Positions 49,101 through 58,113 are shown, counted from the stretch's first letter. The stretch: 64,000 nucleotides of DNA from Candidatus Spongiisociaceae bacterium (GCA_965202665.1 OZ241841.1:2048001-2112000), one strand, 5' to 3'. Translations and numbers: made by a program. The notes: generated by a model from the letters alone, not told the origin.

Positions 49101-49794
49101 CTGGTGGGGGGTGTGGAATGACCGGTCGGTATCAATATCGAAGGACGGTTCCGTCATCGTCATCGGTTCTCCCAACTGGAGCTCGGAGACGCCGGACGCC
49201 GGATCGGTGGGCGTGTTCGTTAAGCCGATGTCCGGTTGGGCGATAGCCCGCACCGCCACCGCCAACCTGAAAGCCCCCACTGAGTCCGCCTTTCAACGGA
49301 TGGGGAAATACGTGGCGGTATCGGAGGATGGGAATACCGTGGTCGCTTCCGGCCATTTTGACGCCGGAGCGACGTTTAACGGTCAACCGATTGACGAACC
49401 CGGTGTTATTTTAGTGTTCAGCAAACCGGCTACCGGCTGGGCGGACGGCGTCGCTCCGGCCTCGCTGAGTGCCTCCCGGGGCCGGGTCGATGATGTGTTG
49501 GGCCAGTACATAGCCATCACCTCCGACGGCTCGGAAGTGGCGGGCAGCCGTCACTACCGGCAGGAAGGCGACATGCGGGGTTCGGTGGTGGTGTATAAAC
49601 GTCCCGCTGGCGGCTGGGCCGACGACAGCACCCCCGATGACGAATTCCTGGGTCCCCGCGTAAACGTCCGGTTGGGATGGCAGACCACCTATGACAGGAC
49701 CAACAACGACCTGTACTCCGGGTTGCGCGAGAAGAACACTGTAGAAGGCTTGGACTTCCCCAGGTTGCTTACCGTTTACCAGATCACCCGATAA
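46144..49794 (+). CDS. Large secreted surface protein: SLH domains, Ig-like stalk, C-terminal FG-GAP-like beta-propeller
   Basis: Signal peptide; three SLH-like repeats (RWQMALFL, VTRGSMA, VTRAQMAAFI); beta-rich middle region; repeats such as RFGQAVAV..VIVVGA and RFGFDVDI..VIVVGS; AAGGAGG upstream of ATG 46144. Confidence 0.85.
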   Translation: MVRVSGKVWFVGLLVLGLIASLLGAAPPGAVGTHGDDADVDYEPSYSACVGAATESFGFEDTEGSFAEGAIDCLAHYGITTGRSATMFAPNDSVLRWQMALFLARAAAAAGIVLANPAADQGFTDVGAVSGEARNAINGLAAAGIMPGVSQSAFSPNASVTRGSMAVLLDAFLAAATPGAGAFGGEIEKYSDVMVDSSNVFNDISGVSLNTYNAIYRIYEVGVTQGVGDHQFGPGRNVTRAQMAAFITRAFAHTVARPAGVSIQAERDSVLGESSVQLIVSVRDAMFQPVVDASVDVFRSTDPDNALNDDGRCDTASVSPVAGIGRAACEVDTGDETTDAAGDVTALQLQVSDADVTVWAWTGDRDDKFDSDDTTAAQLTVGFSKAASQTLVTDNLEEGQTRLAFGETVTVTIQIADEDDKAVADKGKRVTVEQETTIGTSTTSSNNAMTTDASGKIVLEFTQTDPNTNTGDTAELELTLSGAPSDLPLRNEDGTAFSSKTYIWSDETPVPRALTLSTRSDFGMASDEGSGAGNTVTATLTDQFGDPVRGKRVSFFSDTYCTPAQEGSTCSPPGIGVTESGGASVKEDDGVRVLTGTARFTRTTGRDGKANLGYTYDSTDSVIETIWATYPLAGNEGPIVRGFADTVVECGEDGALPAGRCRPENDPADLTELTAERIYYYWVEDPSGAPFTGRILVKEPENNQLVVAAEEKLMLVEYDGNDQFVDFDGPTVLSEFEKPLAENADPGAAHLRVDFYQEEAGKVSKFTLSPEWSSLDHPDGPEAGARARFGQAVAVDNGVIVVGAGWQSVVDDMGTANDPSDDVTRANAGMAYIYPNGMGTAAANIIKLVPPTPTAESRFGFDVDIAGNVIVVGSFSHGTNGLREVYVYQRGSDGVWPKTPSTTLSPGPGDVNLPGGGKVPAAGSSTYGSGVAISKDESTIAVNMGWVWPLPRIPNVATVVYERTGASWDSDDNDSDASDNALLWNHWWGVWNDRSVSISKDGSVIVIGSPNWSSETPDAGSVGVFVKPMSGWAIARTATANLKAPTESAFQRMGKYVAVSEDGNTVVASGHFDAGATFNGQPIDEPGVILVFSKPATGWADGVAPASLSASRGRVDDVLGQYIAITSDGSEVAGSRHYRQEGDMRGSVVVYKRPAGGWADDSTPDDEFLGPRVNVRLGWQTTYDRTNNDLYSGLREKNTVEGLDFPRLLTVYQITR

Positions 49795-49818
49795 GTAGTT
49801 TCACGCAACCCAACACGC

Positions 49819-49856
49819 CAGGAGGCCTCCCTGCCCCGAAGCGGGGAGGTTTCCTG
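49819..49856 (+). terminator. Hairpin after the surface-protein gene, likely terminator
   Basis: CAGGAGGCCTCCCTGC-loop-GCGGGGAGGTTTCCTG stem (with G-U pairs) between convergent genes. Confidence 0.6.
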
Positions 49857-49969
49857 TTCGGACATAATAGGCGACGCCGGGCAGAAGCGGTGGATTTATT
49901 GGACGGACGGCGTAACAAGCTCCCCGGCCCCCGGCGGTCGCCAAGCCCGTCCCGGGCGCGGGGGCGGGG

Positions 49970-51175
49970 TCAGGGGTAGTCTATGTCGGCGTCTTGGGGG
50001 TAGATCATTATCCAGGAGCGGCCGGGGGGAACGGTCATTTCCCCGCCGGAGCCGTCCCGCAGGGTGAACCATTCGGTTTCATCGGCCCGCTCCCAGGCGC
50101 CTTCCGCATAGCGGCCTTCGGCGAACACCATGGCCGGTCCCCCGCCGGTGGTTCTCCAAGCGGGGACGCACGACCCGTTACCGGAGGGAGGGCAGGCCCG
50201 GTAACGTTCCGCTCTTAGCACCACCAAATTGTCCGCCCAGATTTGCTCTGTGACATCGCCTTCCCGGCGGTGCCAGTTGTGCGGGTCCTCCCCTACGAAA
50301 CGCAGGTACCGCCCCGCTTCCCCGTCCCAGATCCAAGTGGCGTCCATCGTGTCCGACCAGTCAAAGAAAATGTAGGTGGCGATGGAGCCCACCTCGGCGT
50401 CGAGCGGGCCCCAGTTGAAAAGGGGGGCGGCGGGCGGGGTTTGTTCCAGGTTGCGCTGTTCGGCCACCCGCCGCGCCTCGAACGTGTTCAGGTAAAGGTT
50501 GTGGGGGGCCCGGCGCCGCCCCCAGCGGTGGGTGAGCGGCGGCCCCAGGTCGCCGATGAGGGGCACGTCGTTGCGGTTGATGAGGCTGACCACCCACGGC
50601 TGGGCCCCGCTGATGGCCAAGGCCCCGTTCAGGGGGCGCACCACCGTCCAGTCGGTGGGCCGTCCGGAGCGCACCGGCCCCACCCAGTCGGTGTCGCTGT
50701 GGTGAAACAGGGCGATGAAGCGGGTGATGCCCGATTCCACCACCATCTCCACTATCGCCTCCGCTTCCAGTATTCCCGACTGGGGGCGGGCGTTCCAGTG
50801 GTTGTCGATTTTCACCGCGATCACTTTCCGTTCCAGCCGGGACGGGTCCTCCACCGGCAGGCCGGTGAAAGGCGAAACCGGCCCGGCGGGGACGGCCGCC
50901 TCTTCCGCCGGCTCTTCTTCCTCTAAGCCGGGAACGGAGGTTTCCGCAACGGCGGTGGTGGTTGTTTCCCCGGAGGCGGGGGCGGCGGTGGTGGTGGTCG
51001 GCTCCGCGGTCCGGTCGTCGGCCGCAACGGCGGTGGTGGAGGTCGGGCCGTTGTCGGTTTCGGACTCGGCGATCGTACCGCTGACATCGGTTGCGGGGTC
51101 GTCGGCGGAGCCCCCGCCGCACGCCCCGGCCAGCGTAGCCGCGAGGAGCAGGCCAACGGTCGCCTTGCGTAACAT
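49970..51175 (-). CDS. DUF3048-domain lipoprotein
   Basis: Lipobox AGAC, Thr-rich linker, SPFTG, AVKIDN...ARPQSGI, VESGITRF, GPVRSGR, RAPHNLY. Confidence 0.87.
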   Translation of the reverse strand: MLRKATVGLLLAATLAGACGGGSADDPATDVSGTIAESETDNGPTSTTAVAADDRTAEPTTTTAAPASGETTTTAVAETSVPGLEEEEPAEEAAVPAGPVSPFTGLPVEDPSRLERKVIAVKIDNHWNARPQSGILEAEAIVEMVVESGITRFIALFHHSDTDWVGPVRSGRPTDWTVVRPLNGALAISGAQPWVVSLINRNDVPLIGDLGPPLTHRWGRRRAPHNLYLNTFEARRVAEQRNLEQTPPAAPLFNWGPLDAEVGSIATYIFFDWSDTMDATWIWDGEAGRYLRFVGEDPHNWHRREGDVTEQIWADNLVVLRAERYRACPPSGNGSCVPAWRTTGGGPAMVFAEGRYAEGAWERADETEWFTLRDGSGGEMTVPPGRSWIMIYPQDADIDYP

Positions 51176-51207
51176 TAGTACCTGATTTTGTCATACCGGC
51201 GACCCGA

Positions 51208-51681
51208 TTACAACGACCCACCACCCATCCCGCCCCCGTTCCTCCGGAAGCGGGCCATGCGGCGCAGCGGCCAATAGCGAAACACGACCGCCCCCGCCAT
51301 ATCGGAGACGGCGACCGGCCCGGCGGCGCGGCTGTCCCCGGCGGAGCGGGGCCGGTTGTCGCCCAGCGTAAAACAGGTCCCGGGGGGGATGCGCCATTCC
51401 CCATCGGGGCGGGTGGCCGCCCCCCACCAAGGATCGTCCCAAACCCGGCCGTTGATGAAAATCACCCCCCCGGCGATGGCGACGTCCTCCCCTCCCAAGC
51501 CGACGATTCTTTTAACCAGGTAGCCGCCCTCCGCCCGATACACCGCAATCTCCCCCCGCCGGGCAGGTTCCCTCCAGGGGCGGACCAGCAACCGGTCGCC
51601 CGCCCGCAATACGGGGGCCATGGAATCCTCGGCCACGTGAAAGCGGGTGAGCCGCAAGATTCGGGAAAGCCGGGAAAACAT
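51208..51681 (-). CDS. sodX: S26-family peptidase, probable NiSOD maturation protease
   Basis: SMAP.L..GDRLLV, VKRIVG, GDNR..DSR..G; divergent from sodN. Confidence 0.75.
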   Translation of the reverse strand: MFSRLSRILRLTRFHVAEDSMAPVLRAGDRLLVRPWREPARRGEIAVYRAEGGYLVKRIVGLGGEDVAIAGGVIFINGRVWDDPWWGAATRPDGEWRIPPGTCFTLGDNRPRSAGDSRAAGPVAVSDMAGAVVFRYWPLRRMARFRRNGGGMGGGSL

Positions 51682-51813
51682 GCCCCCCAAGCTACCTGCC
51701 CCCTGCGGTTTCCGTCGGTTGCGGAACGGGCGCCCCGACAGTTGTCAAAACGGGTATTATAAAAATCAACCCCGATGGGGGTTGGAGCCCACGTTCGAGA
51801 CCAAGGAGGGTTT

Positions 51814-52230
51814 ATGGGAATCCTACGTCCCGCCCGGACCGCCCGGGCCCACTGCGACCTGTTCTGCGGAGTGTACGACCCGGCGCAGGCCAGGATTGAA
51901 GCCCAGTCGGTGTTGGCGGCCGCCCAGAAGTACCACGGCAGCGACGACCAAGTGTTCCGGGCCCGGTGCGTGTCGGTGAAGGAGGCGCAGGCCGAGCTGG
52001 TCAAGCACCACCTGTCGGTGCTGTGGACCGACTTTTTCAAGCCGCACCATCTGGAAAAATTTCCCCGGTTGCACGACATGTTCTGGGGGGCGATCAAGGC
52101 GGCCGGCGACGCCAAAAAGTCCATGGATACCGCAACGGCCCAAGATCTGATAGACAAGATTGAGGCCATCTCCGAGGTGTTCTGGCAGACCGAGGAAGCG
52201 GCCGGGGTGGGCCTTTACCCGCCCTCCTGA
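51814..52230 (+). CDS. sodN: Nickel superoxide dismutase precursor
   Basis: 12-aa leader then HCDLFCGVYDPAQARIEA, KHHLSVLWTDFFKP, FWQT; AAGGAGG upstream. Confidence 0.94.
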   Translation: MGILRPARTARAHCDLFCGVYDPAQARIEAQSVLAAAQKYHGSDDQVFRARCVSVKEAQAELVKHHLSVLWTDFFKPHHLEKFPRLHDMFWGAIKAAGDAKKSMDTATAQDLIDKIEAISEVFWQTEEAAGVGLYPPS

Positions 52231-52260
52231 ACCACTCCCGGCTTGGATTCGGCTCAGGCC

Positions 52261-52276
52261 GCCCGTCCGGACGGGC
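52261..52276. terminator. Perfect 16-bp palindrome between convergent genes
   Basis: GCCCGTCCGGACGGGC. Confidence 0.45.
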
Positions 52277-52771
52277 TTAGCCGTTCGGTTCGGTTTCCAG
52301 GAAATGACCGAGCCGGTCTGAAATCCAAAGTTCGGTTTCGGGGGTGGGGACCAGCCAAACACCGCAGTTGGGGCATTGAACGAATCGGCCTTCGTATCCG
52401 ATGGCAACGCCCAAAGGCCGGGCTTCGCTGCCCCAAGAAGACTCCGCTCCGCCGTAGCAGATGTCGCATTTCAAAGCGCCGGGGGGCCGTCCCTGTTCCA
52501 CCGCGCTCCGCCGGCAGGTTCCGCACCCGGCCCGGTGGGTTATCCATTCCGCCCATTCCAAATCCAGACTGGTGTCCCATCCCAGCTGAGCGGCCAGGTC
52601 GACGCCGCCGGGGAGGACGGCCAGGGCCTTCTCCAACGGTACGGCTATCGCCCGCAGCGCCTCCCGCGTTTCCCAAACATGCGACGGGGGTTCCCAACTC
52701 GCATCGCCCTCCGACCAGCCGGTCGGTCCGATGATCCGGGGTTGGACGGCCAACTCCATCAGCTCGCCCAT
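52277..52771 (-). CDS. Hypothetical protein with three CxxC pairs (zinc-ribbon-like); start uncertain
   Basis: CGTC, CDIC, CPNC motifs; normal amino-acid composition. Confidence 0.55.
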   Translation of the reverse strand: MGELMELAVQPRIIGPTGWSEGDASWEPPSHVWETREALRAIAVPLEKALAVLPGGVDLAAQLGWDTSLDLEWAEWITHRAGCGTCRRSAVEQGRPPGALKCDICYGGAESSWGSEARPLGVAIGYEGRFVQCPNCGVWLVPTPETELWISDRLGHFLETEPNG

Positions 52772-52871
52772 CTTGATTTCGCCGTTGACGATCGCGTCCT
52801 CCCCGCTGATTCCGCGCTTGAAGTTTCTTCCCCGGCCTGCTCCGGCGCGCGACGCCCCCCGGCGGTAGCGG

Positions 52872-53645
52872 TTATTCCTCCCCGGAGCCGGACATCAATT
52901 CCCGGCGTTGCAGTATAAACCAGGTGACGGCTATGGAGAACGACAGAAGAACGGCCACTTTGGCCAAAGCCCCCCAGCCGCCTACTTCCACCCGTCCCAA
53001 GATGAGATCCACGGCTTCTTGGTTGGCGGGGGAGAAGGTTCCCCAGTCGGCCCAGGCCGACACCGCGATCCGGAACAGGGAAGTGGAGCGGATGCCGTCC
53101 AAGATGGCCCCCAACGTGATTTCCCACAGAATCAGGTAGGCCAGCCCGATCAGCACCGCCCGGCTGAGCAACAGCCCCAGCGGCACGAACAGGGCCGCCC
53201 ACCCGACGGCCTGCACCGCGGCTACGGGCAACAGTCCCAGACCGGCCGTCCAGTCGCCGGTGCGAACCGACAACGCCAGCCAGTCGGCCGCCGCCCCGCC
53301 CCCGATTATCACCATGGAGGCCAGCAGGGCGGCCGTTGCGGCCGCGCCCGCCAGCGCCGCCCGCGGCGCCGGTTTCAGCAACAGATCGGGCAGGGTGCCC
53401 GCCCGCCGTTCCTCGCCCAGGGCGGCGGCGGAAATCACGATTGCCGCCATCGGGAAGACAAAGGGGATGATCAGGGACAGGACCAGGGTGTCGTGGATTT
53501 CCAGAACTCCCCCCGAATCGGCCCCGGCGGTCACCGCCAAAAGCAACAGGGCCGGGGCGCAGGTCAGGATCAGCATGCCGATCAGCCGTTTGCGCCCCAG
53601 CAGGCGGCGGGTAAGGGACCAGGCTACGATGAAGAAGGCTTTCAC
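52872..53645 (-). CDS. ABC transporter permease
   Basis: Multiple TM segments, ALGEERRAGTL..LLLKP; GTG at 53645 overlaps the upstream stop. Confidence 0.85.
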   Translation of the reverse strand: MKAFFIVAWSLTRRLLGRKRLIGMLILTCAPALLLLAVTAGADSGGVLEIHDTLVLSLIIPFVFPMAAIVISAAALGEERRAGTLPDLLLKPAPRAALAGAAATAALLASMVIIGGGAAADWLALSVRTGDWTAGLGLLPVAAVQAVGWAALFVPLGLLLSRAVLIGLAYLILWEITLGAILDGIRSTSLFRIAVSAWADWGTFSPANQEAVDLILGRVEVGGWGALAKVAVLLSFSIAVTWFILQRRELMSGSGEE

Positions 53646-54580
53646 CGTCGGCGCACCAGGTAGGTGAACACGCTTTCCAGGGAGTCGTCTTCGGGGGTTA
53701 CCGCGGTGACCACGCAACCTTCCTCCCGGGCGGCGGCCATGACGTCCCGTCCCAGGGCGCGGGCGTCGTCGGTGCTGACCGTGAAGGAACCGTCCCCCAT
53801 TTCCAAGGCCCTCACCCATTCCCCGGCCAGCAACCGGCGGGCCAGTTCCCGGGGCCGGTCGGTTTCGATCAGCACCCGGCGGGGGGTGTCGGACATGGCG
53901 TCCCGGATGTCGGCCACCCCTCCCGCCGCCGCCAGCCGCCCGTTGACCATGGCCACCACCCGGTCCGCCATCCGTTCCACTTCCGACAGCACATGCGAGG
54001 AGACGACCACGGTGCGCCCCTCCCGCCCCAGCCCGATCAGCAACTCGATGAGACGGGCCCGCTGGATGGGGTCGGTTCCGTTGAGCGGTTCGTCCAGGAT
54101 GAGAATCTCCGGGTCGTGGGCCAGGGCGGCCGCCACCCGCGCCCGGCGCCTCATTCCTTTGGAGAACCCGCCCAGCCGCCGGTGGGCGTCGGCGGTCAAC
54201 TCCACCGTTTCCAAAGCGCGGCGGGCCGCTTCCTCCGGGCGGGGGGCTTTGCACAGGGCGGCGCTCCAACGGACGAAGCGGGCGGCGGTCATGTTCTCGT
54301 AGATGGCGTCGTTTTCCGGCACGAACCCGATGCGCCGGTACAGGCCGGGGCGGCGGCGGGGCGATTCGCCCAGGATGAGGGCCTCCCCGGCCGAGGGTTT
54401 GAGCAGGCCGGTCAAGGTGCGGATGAGGGTGGTTTTCCCGGCCCCGTTGGGCCCCAGCAGGCCGGTGACCCCCGGCCCGAAGGAGTAGGTGAATTCGGAC
54501 ACCGCCACCTTCTGGTCGAACCATTTGGACAGGTTGCGGGCGGCGATGGCCGGTTCGGGGGCGGGGAGGGAGTCGCTCAT
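53642..54580 (-). CDS. ABC transporter ATP-binding protein
   Basis: GPNGAGKTT, FSKGMRRR, LILDEPLNG, SSH. Confidence 0.92.
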   Translation of the reverse strand: MSDSLPAPEPAIAARNLSKWFDQKVAVSEFTYSFGPGVTGLLGPNGAGKTTLIRTLTGLLKPSAGEALILGESPRRRPGLYRRIGFVPENDAIYENMTAARFVRWSAALCKAPRPEEAARRALETVELTADAHRRLGGFSKGMRRRARVAAALAHDPEILILDEPLNGTDPIQRARLIELLIGLGREGRTVVVSSHVLSEVERMADRVVAMVNGRLAAAGGVADIRDAMSDTPRRVLIETDRPRELARRLLAGEWVRALEMGDGSFTVSTDDARALGRDVMAAAREEGCVVTAVTPEDDSLESVFTYLVRRR

Positions 54581-55455
54581 ACCGGTTTCCGGTAGGTGAA
54601 TTTGATCAGAAACCCGGAGATCGAGGCCAGGATGAACATCACCAGCAAGGAAACCCAGGGTTCGAATCCCAGCCGTTGCATAAGGTCGGTTCCCCCGTAT
54701 CCGAAAATCCAGTCCCGCAGGTTGAGGGCATGCTGCTCGAAGGCCAGCAGGCTCAGCCAGCGGGCGGTGGTCTCCGAGAATTCGACCACGATGTTGACCG
54801 TGATGTTGAAAACGAAGAAAACGGCGATGCACACCCCGGTGGCCGCCCCCACCCGTTTCAGAAAGGCGGTGCACAGAAGGGCCACCGTCCCGTAGGCTGC
54901 CAGATAAGCAAAGGAAACCAGCGGGATGCGCCACAGCGCCGCCAGGTTGCCCCCCAGGTAGGCGAGAAACCCTTCTTCGGACAGGAAAGCCAGTCCCAGA
55001 TGGTAGAGGAGCAACGGGGCCGTCCAGAAGCCGAGGACCACCGCCCCCAAGGCTCCGCCTTTGGCCGTCAGATACCGGTTGACGGTCAGCGGACGGGAAA
55101 AGTAGATGTTCAACGCCCCCGAGGTCCGGTCGGGGACCAGCAGTTCCGGGGCGGCGTAGGAGGTGAGGATCAGGCCGTAGAGGGCGATGGAGCCCAGGAA
55201 GGCCGTATAGGGGCGGGACAAAAATTCGAGGTTGGTTAAACCCTGCACCCAGATGATTATCAGAAACACGAACGTGGAGGCCGCCATCAGGCTGATCAGC
55301 AACCACGGCAGCACCTTGCGCCGGGCTTTGCGGCGCAACCCCAGTATCCGCCGGATCCCGTCCCAAACGACGGCCCGCATGGCCCCGGACGGGCCCAGGC
55401 GGGGGCCGAGATAGGGCTGGTAGCCCCGGTCGGCCAGCACCGTTCGCTCAGTCAT
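54577..55455 (-). CDS. ABC transporter permease
   Basis: APELLVPDRTSGALNIYFSRPL...YL.AK; multiple TM segments. Confidence 0.87.
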   Translation of the reverse strand: MTERTVLADRGYQPYLGPRLGPSGAMRAVVWDGIRRILGLRRKARRKVLPWLLISLMAASTFVFLIIIWVQGLTNLEFLSRPYTAFLGSIALYGLILTSYAAPELLVPDRTSGALNIYFSRPLTVNRYLTAKGGALGAVVLGFWTAPLLLYHLGLAFLSEEGFLAYLGGNLAALWRIPLVSFAYLAAYGTVALLCTAFLKRVGAATGVCIAVFFVFNITVNIVVEFSETTARWLSLLAFEQHALNLRDWIFGYGGTDLMQRLGFEPWVSLLVMFILASISGFLIKFTYRKPV

Positions 55456-56380
55456 CCCCGCCTCCGGCGGCGGAGGCGAATATTTCCTCCAGCCCGGTCA
55501 GATTGGCCCCCAGCCTGCGCACCGGGAGTTCCAAACGGGCCAGCGCGTCCCGCACTATCTCGTAAACATCGTCGCGGGCGGCCCCCGGACCGGCCGGTTG
55601 GACGGCGGTCAGCGCCCCCGCTTTCACCTCCACCTGCAATCCCCGTTCGGCCAAAGCCCGGGCCAGAGGCTGCGGGTCGCCGAACACTTCCACCACCACC
55701 GTGTTTTCCCGGGCGGGCGGCTCCACCGGGGCGGAACGCACCATCCTCCCCCCGTCCAGCATCACCACCCACGAGCAGGTGGTTTCAATGTCGCTCAGCA
55801 CATGGGAGGAGACCAGCACGTTGATTCCGAACCCTCCCAGCCGCCGGATCAGGTCCAGCATTTCCTCCCGTCCCTCCGGATCCAAACCGGAGGCCGGTTC
55901 GTCCAACAGGGCCAGTTGCGGGTCGTGCACGATGGCCTGGGCCAACTTCACCCGCTGTTTCATTCCGGTGGAGTAGTCGCCTATGAAGCGGATCCGTTCC
56001 TCCGCCAAACCCACCAGGAACAGGGTTTCCGAGGCCCGGTAGCGGGCTTCGGAGGCGGGCAGGCCCGCCAACCGGGCGGCGTACATGACGAAGTCGGCGG
56101 CCGTCTGATCCAAAGGCAGGCAGTCATTTTCCGGCATGTAGCCGATGCGGGAGCGCAGGCCCGCGGGGTCGGCGGCCACCGGGGAGCCCAGCACCGCCGC
56201 CTCCCCCCGGTCGGGGCGGCTCAAGCCGAGCAGAATGCGCATCAGGGTGGTTTTCCCGGCCCCGTTGGCCCCCACCAGCCCGGTGATTCCGCCCGGAACG
56301 GAAATGTCCACCCCGTCCAAGGCCCGCACCGGCCCGAAGGTTTTAACCAGATCCCTGGTTTGGACGATGGGGTCGGCCAT
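55448..56380 (-). CDS. ABC transporter ATP-binding protein
   Basis: GANGAGKTT, YSTGMKQR, LLDEPASGLDP, SSH. Confidence 0.92.
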   Translation of the reverse strand: MADPIVQTRDLVKTFGPVRALDGVDISVPGGITGLVGANGAGKTTLMRILLGLSRPDRGEAAVLGSPVAADPAGLRSRIGYMPENDCLPLDQTAADFVMYAARLAGLPASEARYRASETLFLVGLAEERIRFIGDYSTGMKQRVKLAQAIVHDPQLALLDEPASGLDPEGREEMLDLIRRLGGFGINVLVSSHVLSDIETTCSWVVMLDGGRMVRSAPVEPPARENTVVVEVFGDPQPLARALAERGLQVEVKAGALTAVQPAGPGAARDDVYEIVRDALARLELPVRRLGANLTGLEEIFASAAGGGDD

Positions 56381-56384
56381 AGCG

Positions 56385-58019
56385 CTAACCATCGGAGGTT
56401 TTCCGATAAAGGGGGGCTATTTCCCCCAACGGGGCGCCGGGGCGCGGAGGGTCGGCCTCCCATCCCCGGTCGGGGGCCGTCGCCTCCCCGCCCATCATGC
56501 GGCGCAGGCGTTCGCAGGTGACCGGCAGGTAGGGGGACAGGGCCGTTTTCAGATGGTTGACCGCGGCCAGCGCCGAGTAGAGGACGGCCCCGGTGCGTTC
56601 CAGGTCGGAGCGGGCCGTTTTCCACGGCTCGGCCGCGTTCAGGTAGCCGTTGACGGCGGCCGCCCCCCGCATCGCCTCCCGCAGTCCGGCTTTCAACTCC
56701 ACCCGCTCGATGCGGTTGCCGACCTCGCGCCGGGCCTGGTCGGCGGTTTGGACTATTTCCCGGTCGGCGGCCCGCGGCTCCCCCGGGTCGGGGACGGCCC
56801 CGGCGCAGTAGGAGCGGGCCATGCTCAGCACCCGGTGCGCCAGGTTGCCCCAAGTCGCCACCAGTTCCTCGTCGATGCGGCGGTCCAGTTCCTCCTCTGA
56901 CACTTCGGTATCCCCCTGTTCGGGCAGGTTGGCGGCCAGGGCGTAGCGCAAGCCGTCCGGCTGGTAACGTTCCAGGGCCTCCCCGATGGTCAGCCCCACC
57001 CCCCGGCTGGCCGAGGCTTTCCCGCCTTTGAAAGTCACGTACTGGTTGGCGGGCACGTTGTGGGGCAGTTCCAAACCCCCGTATCCCATCAGCATGGCGG
57101 GCCAGATGATGGTGTGGAAAGGCACGTTGTCCTTGCCGATGAAGTAATAATGTTCGGCCTCCGGGTTTTCCCACCAGTCCCGCCAGGCGTCGGGCGTCCC
57201 CCGGTTTTGCGCCCATTCTTTGGCGGCCGACAGGTAGCCGATAACCGCGTCGAACCAGACGTAGATTTTTTTGCCTTCCCCCAGCCCCTCCACCGGGATG
57301 TCCACCCCCCAGTCGATGTCGCGGGTGATGGCCCGGTCGCGCAGGCCTTCTTCTATCCAGCCCATGGAAAAGTTCATCACGTGCTTGCGCCATCCCCGGC
57401 GGGAGGACAGCCATTCCCGGAGCCGCTCCCCGAAGTCGGACAGGCGCAGGTAGAAGTGGTCGGTGGGGCGCATTTCCGGGGCCGTCCCGGACAGTTTGGA
57501 ACGGGGGAGGAGCAGGTCGGAGGGGTCCAGGGTGCGCCCGCACTGGTCGCACTGGTCGCCCCGGGCGTTCTCATACCGGCAATGGGGGCAGGTTCCCTCC
57601 ACGTAGCGGTCGGGCAGGAACCGCCCGGCGTCCGGGTCGTAAAACTGGCGGGAGGTGCGTTGGTCGATGTATCCGTTTTCATGCAGGCGGCGGAACATGT
57701 CCCGGGTGACCCGGTGGTGGTTGGGAGTGCCGGTGGAGGTGTACAACTCCCATTGGATGGCCAGGTCCTCCCAGCCTTGCACGAACTCGGCGTGGAAGCG
57801 GTCTACTATTTCCTGCGGGGTTTTCCCCTCCTGGTCGGCCCGGACGGTGATGGGGGTGCCGTGCACATCGCTTCCCGAAACCATCAGCACCCGGTTTCCG
57901 GCCATCCGGTGATAACGGGCGAAAATGTCGGCGGGCAGGTAGGCCCCGGCCAGATGTCCGAGATGCCGGGAGCCGGACGCATAAGGCCAAGCCACCGCAA
58001 CCAGGATGTTACGAGTCAC
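56385..58019 (-). CDS. metG: Methionyl-tRNA synthetase
   Basis: AWPYA...HLGH, SGSDVHG, FLPDRYVEGTCPHC, GDQCDQCG, YVWFDA, GKDNVPFH. Confidence 0.96.
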   Translation of the reverse strand: MTRNILVAVAWPYASGSRHLGHLAGAYLPADIFARYHRMAGNRVLMVSGSDVHGTPITVRADQEGKTPQEIVDRFHAEFVQGWEDLAIQWELYTSTGTPNHHRVTRDMFRRLHENGYIDQRTSRQFYDPDAGRFLPDRYVEGTCPHCRYENARGDQCDQCGRTLDPSDLLLPRSKLSGTAPEMRPTDHFYLRLSDFGERLREWLSSRRGWRKHVMNFSMGWIEEGLRDRAITRDIDWGVDIPVEGLGEGKKIYVWFDAVIGYLSAAKEWAQNRGTPDAWRDWWENPEAEHYYFIGKDNVPFHTIIWPAMLMGYGGLELPHNVPANQYVTFKGGKASASRGVGLTIGEALERYQPDGLRYALAANLPEQGDTEVSEEELDRRIDEELVATWGNLAHRVLSMARSYCAGAVPDPGEPRAADREIVQTADQARREVGNRIERVELKAGLREAMRGAAAVNGYLNAAEPWKTARSDLERTGAVLYSALAAVNHLKTALSPYLPVTCERLRRMMGGEATAPDRGWEADPPRPGAPLGEIAPLYRKTSDG

Positions 58020-58113
58020 TTCCCCCAGGCTACCACCCCGCCGGGCGCGGGCGGACCTCCCGGCTGGTTCGGAGAGGGCGGGGGCCGGCGCCGGACGGGT
58101 AATCTGGGGGTTG

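Noticed and set aside
50950-51045. Repeated GGTGGTGG/Thr tracts in the DUF3048 gene
   Set aside because: Ordinary Thr/Ala-rich lipoprotein linker
51741-51770. AT-rich GTTG...CAAC segment between sodX and sodN as a nickel-regulator operator
   Set aside because: Symmetry is only 4 bp and promoter spacing is unconvincing; cannot be supported from sequence alone
54658-54670. GGGTTCGAATCCC matching the tRNA T-arm as a possible attR
   Set aside because: Only 13 bp, inside an intact permease gene, with core genes between it and the tRNA
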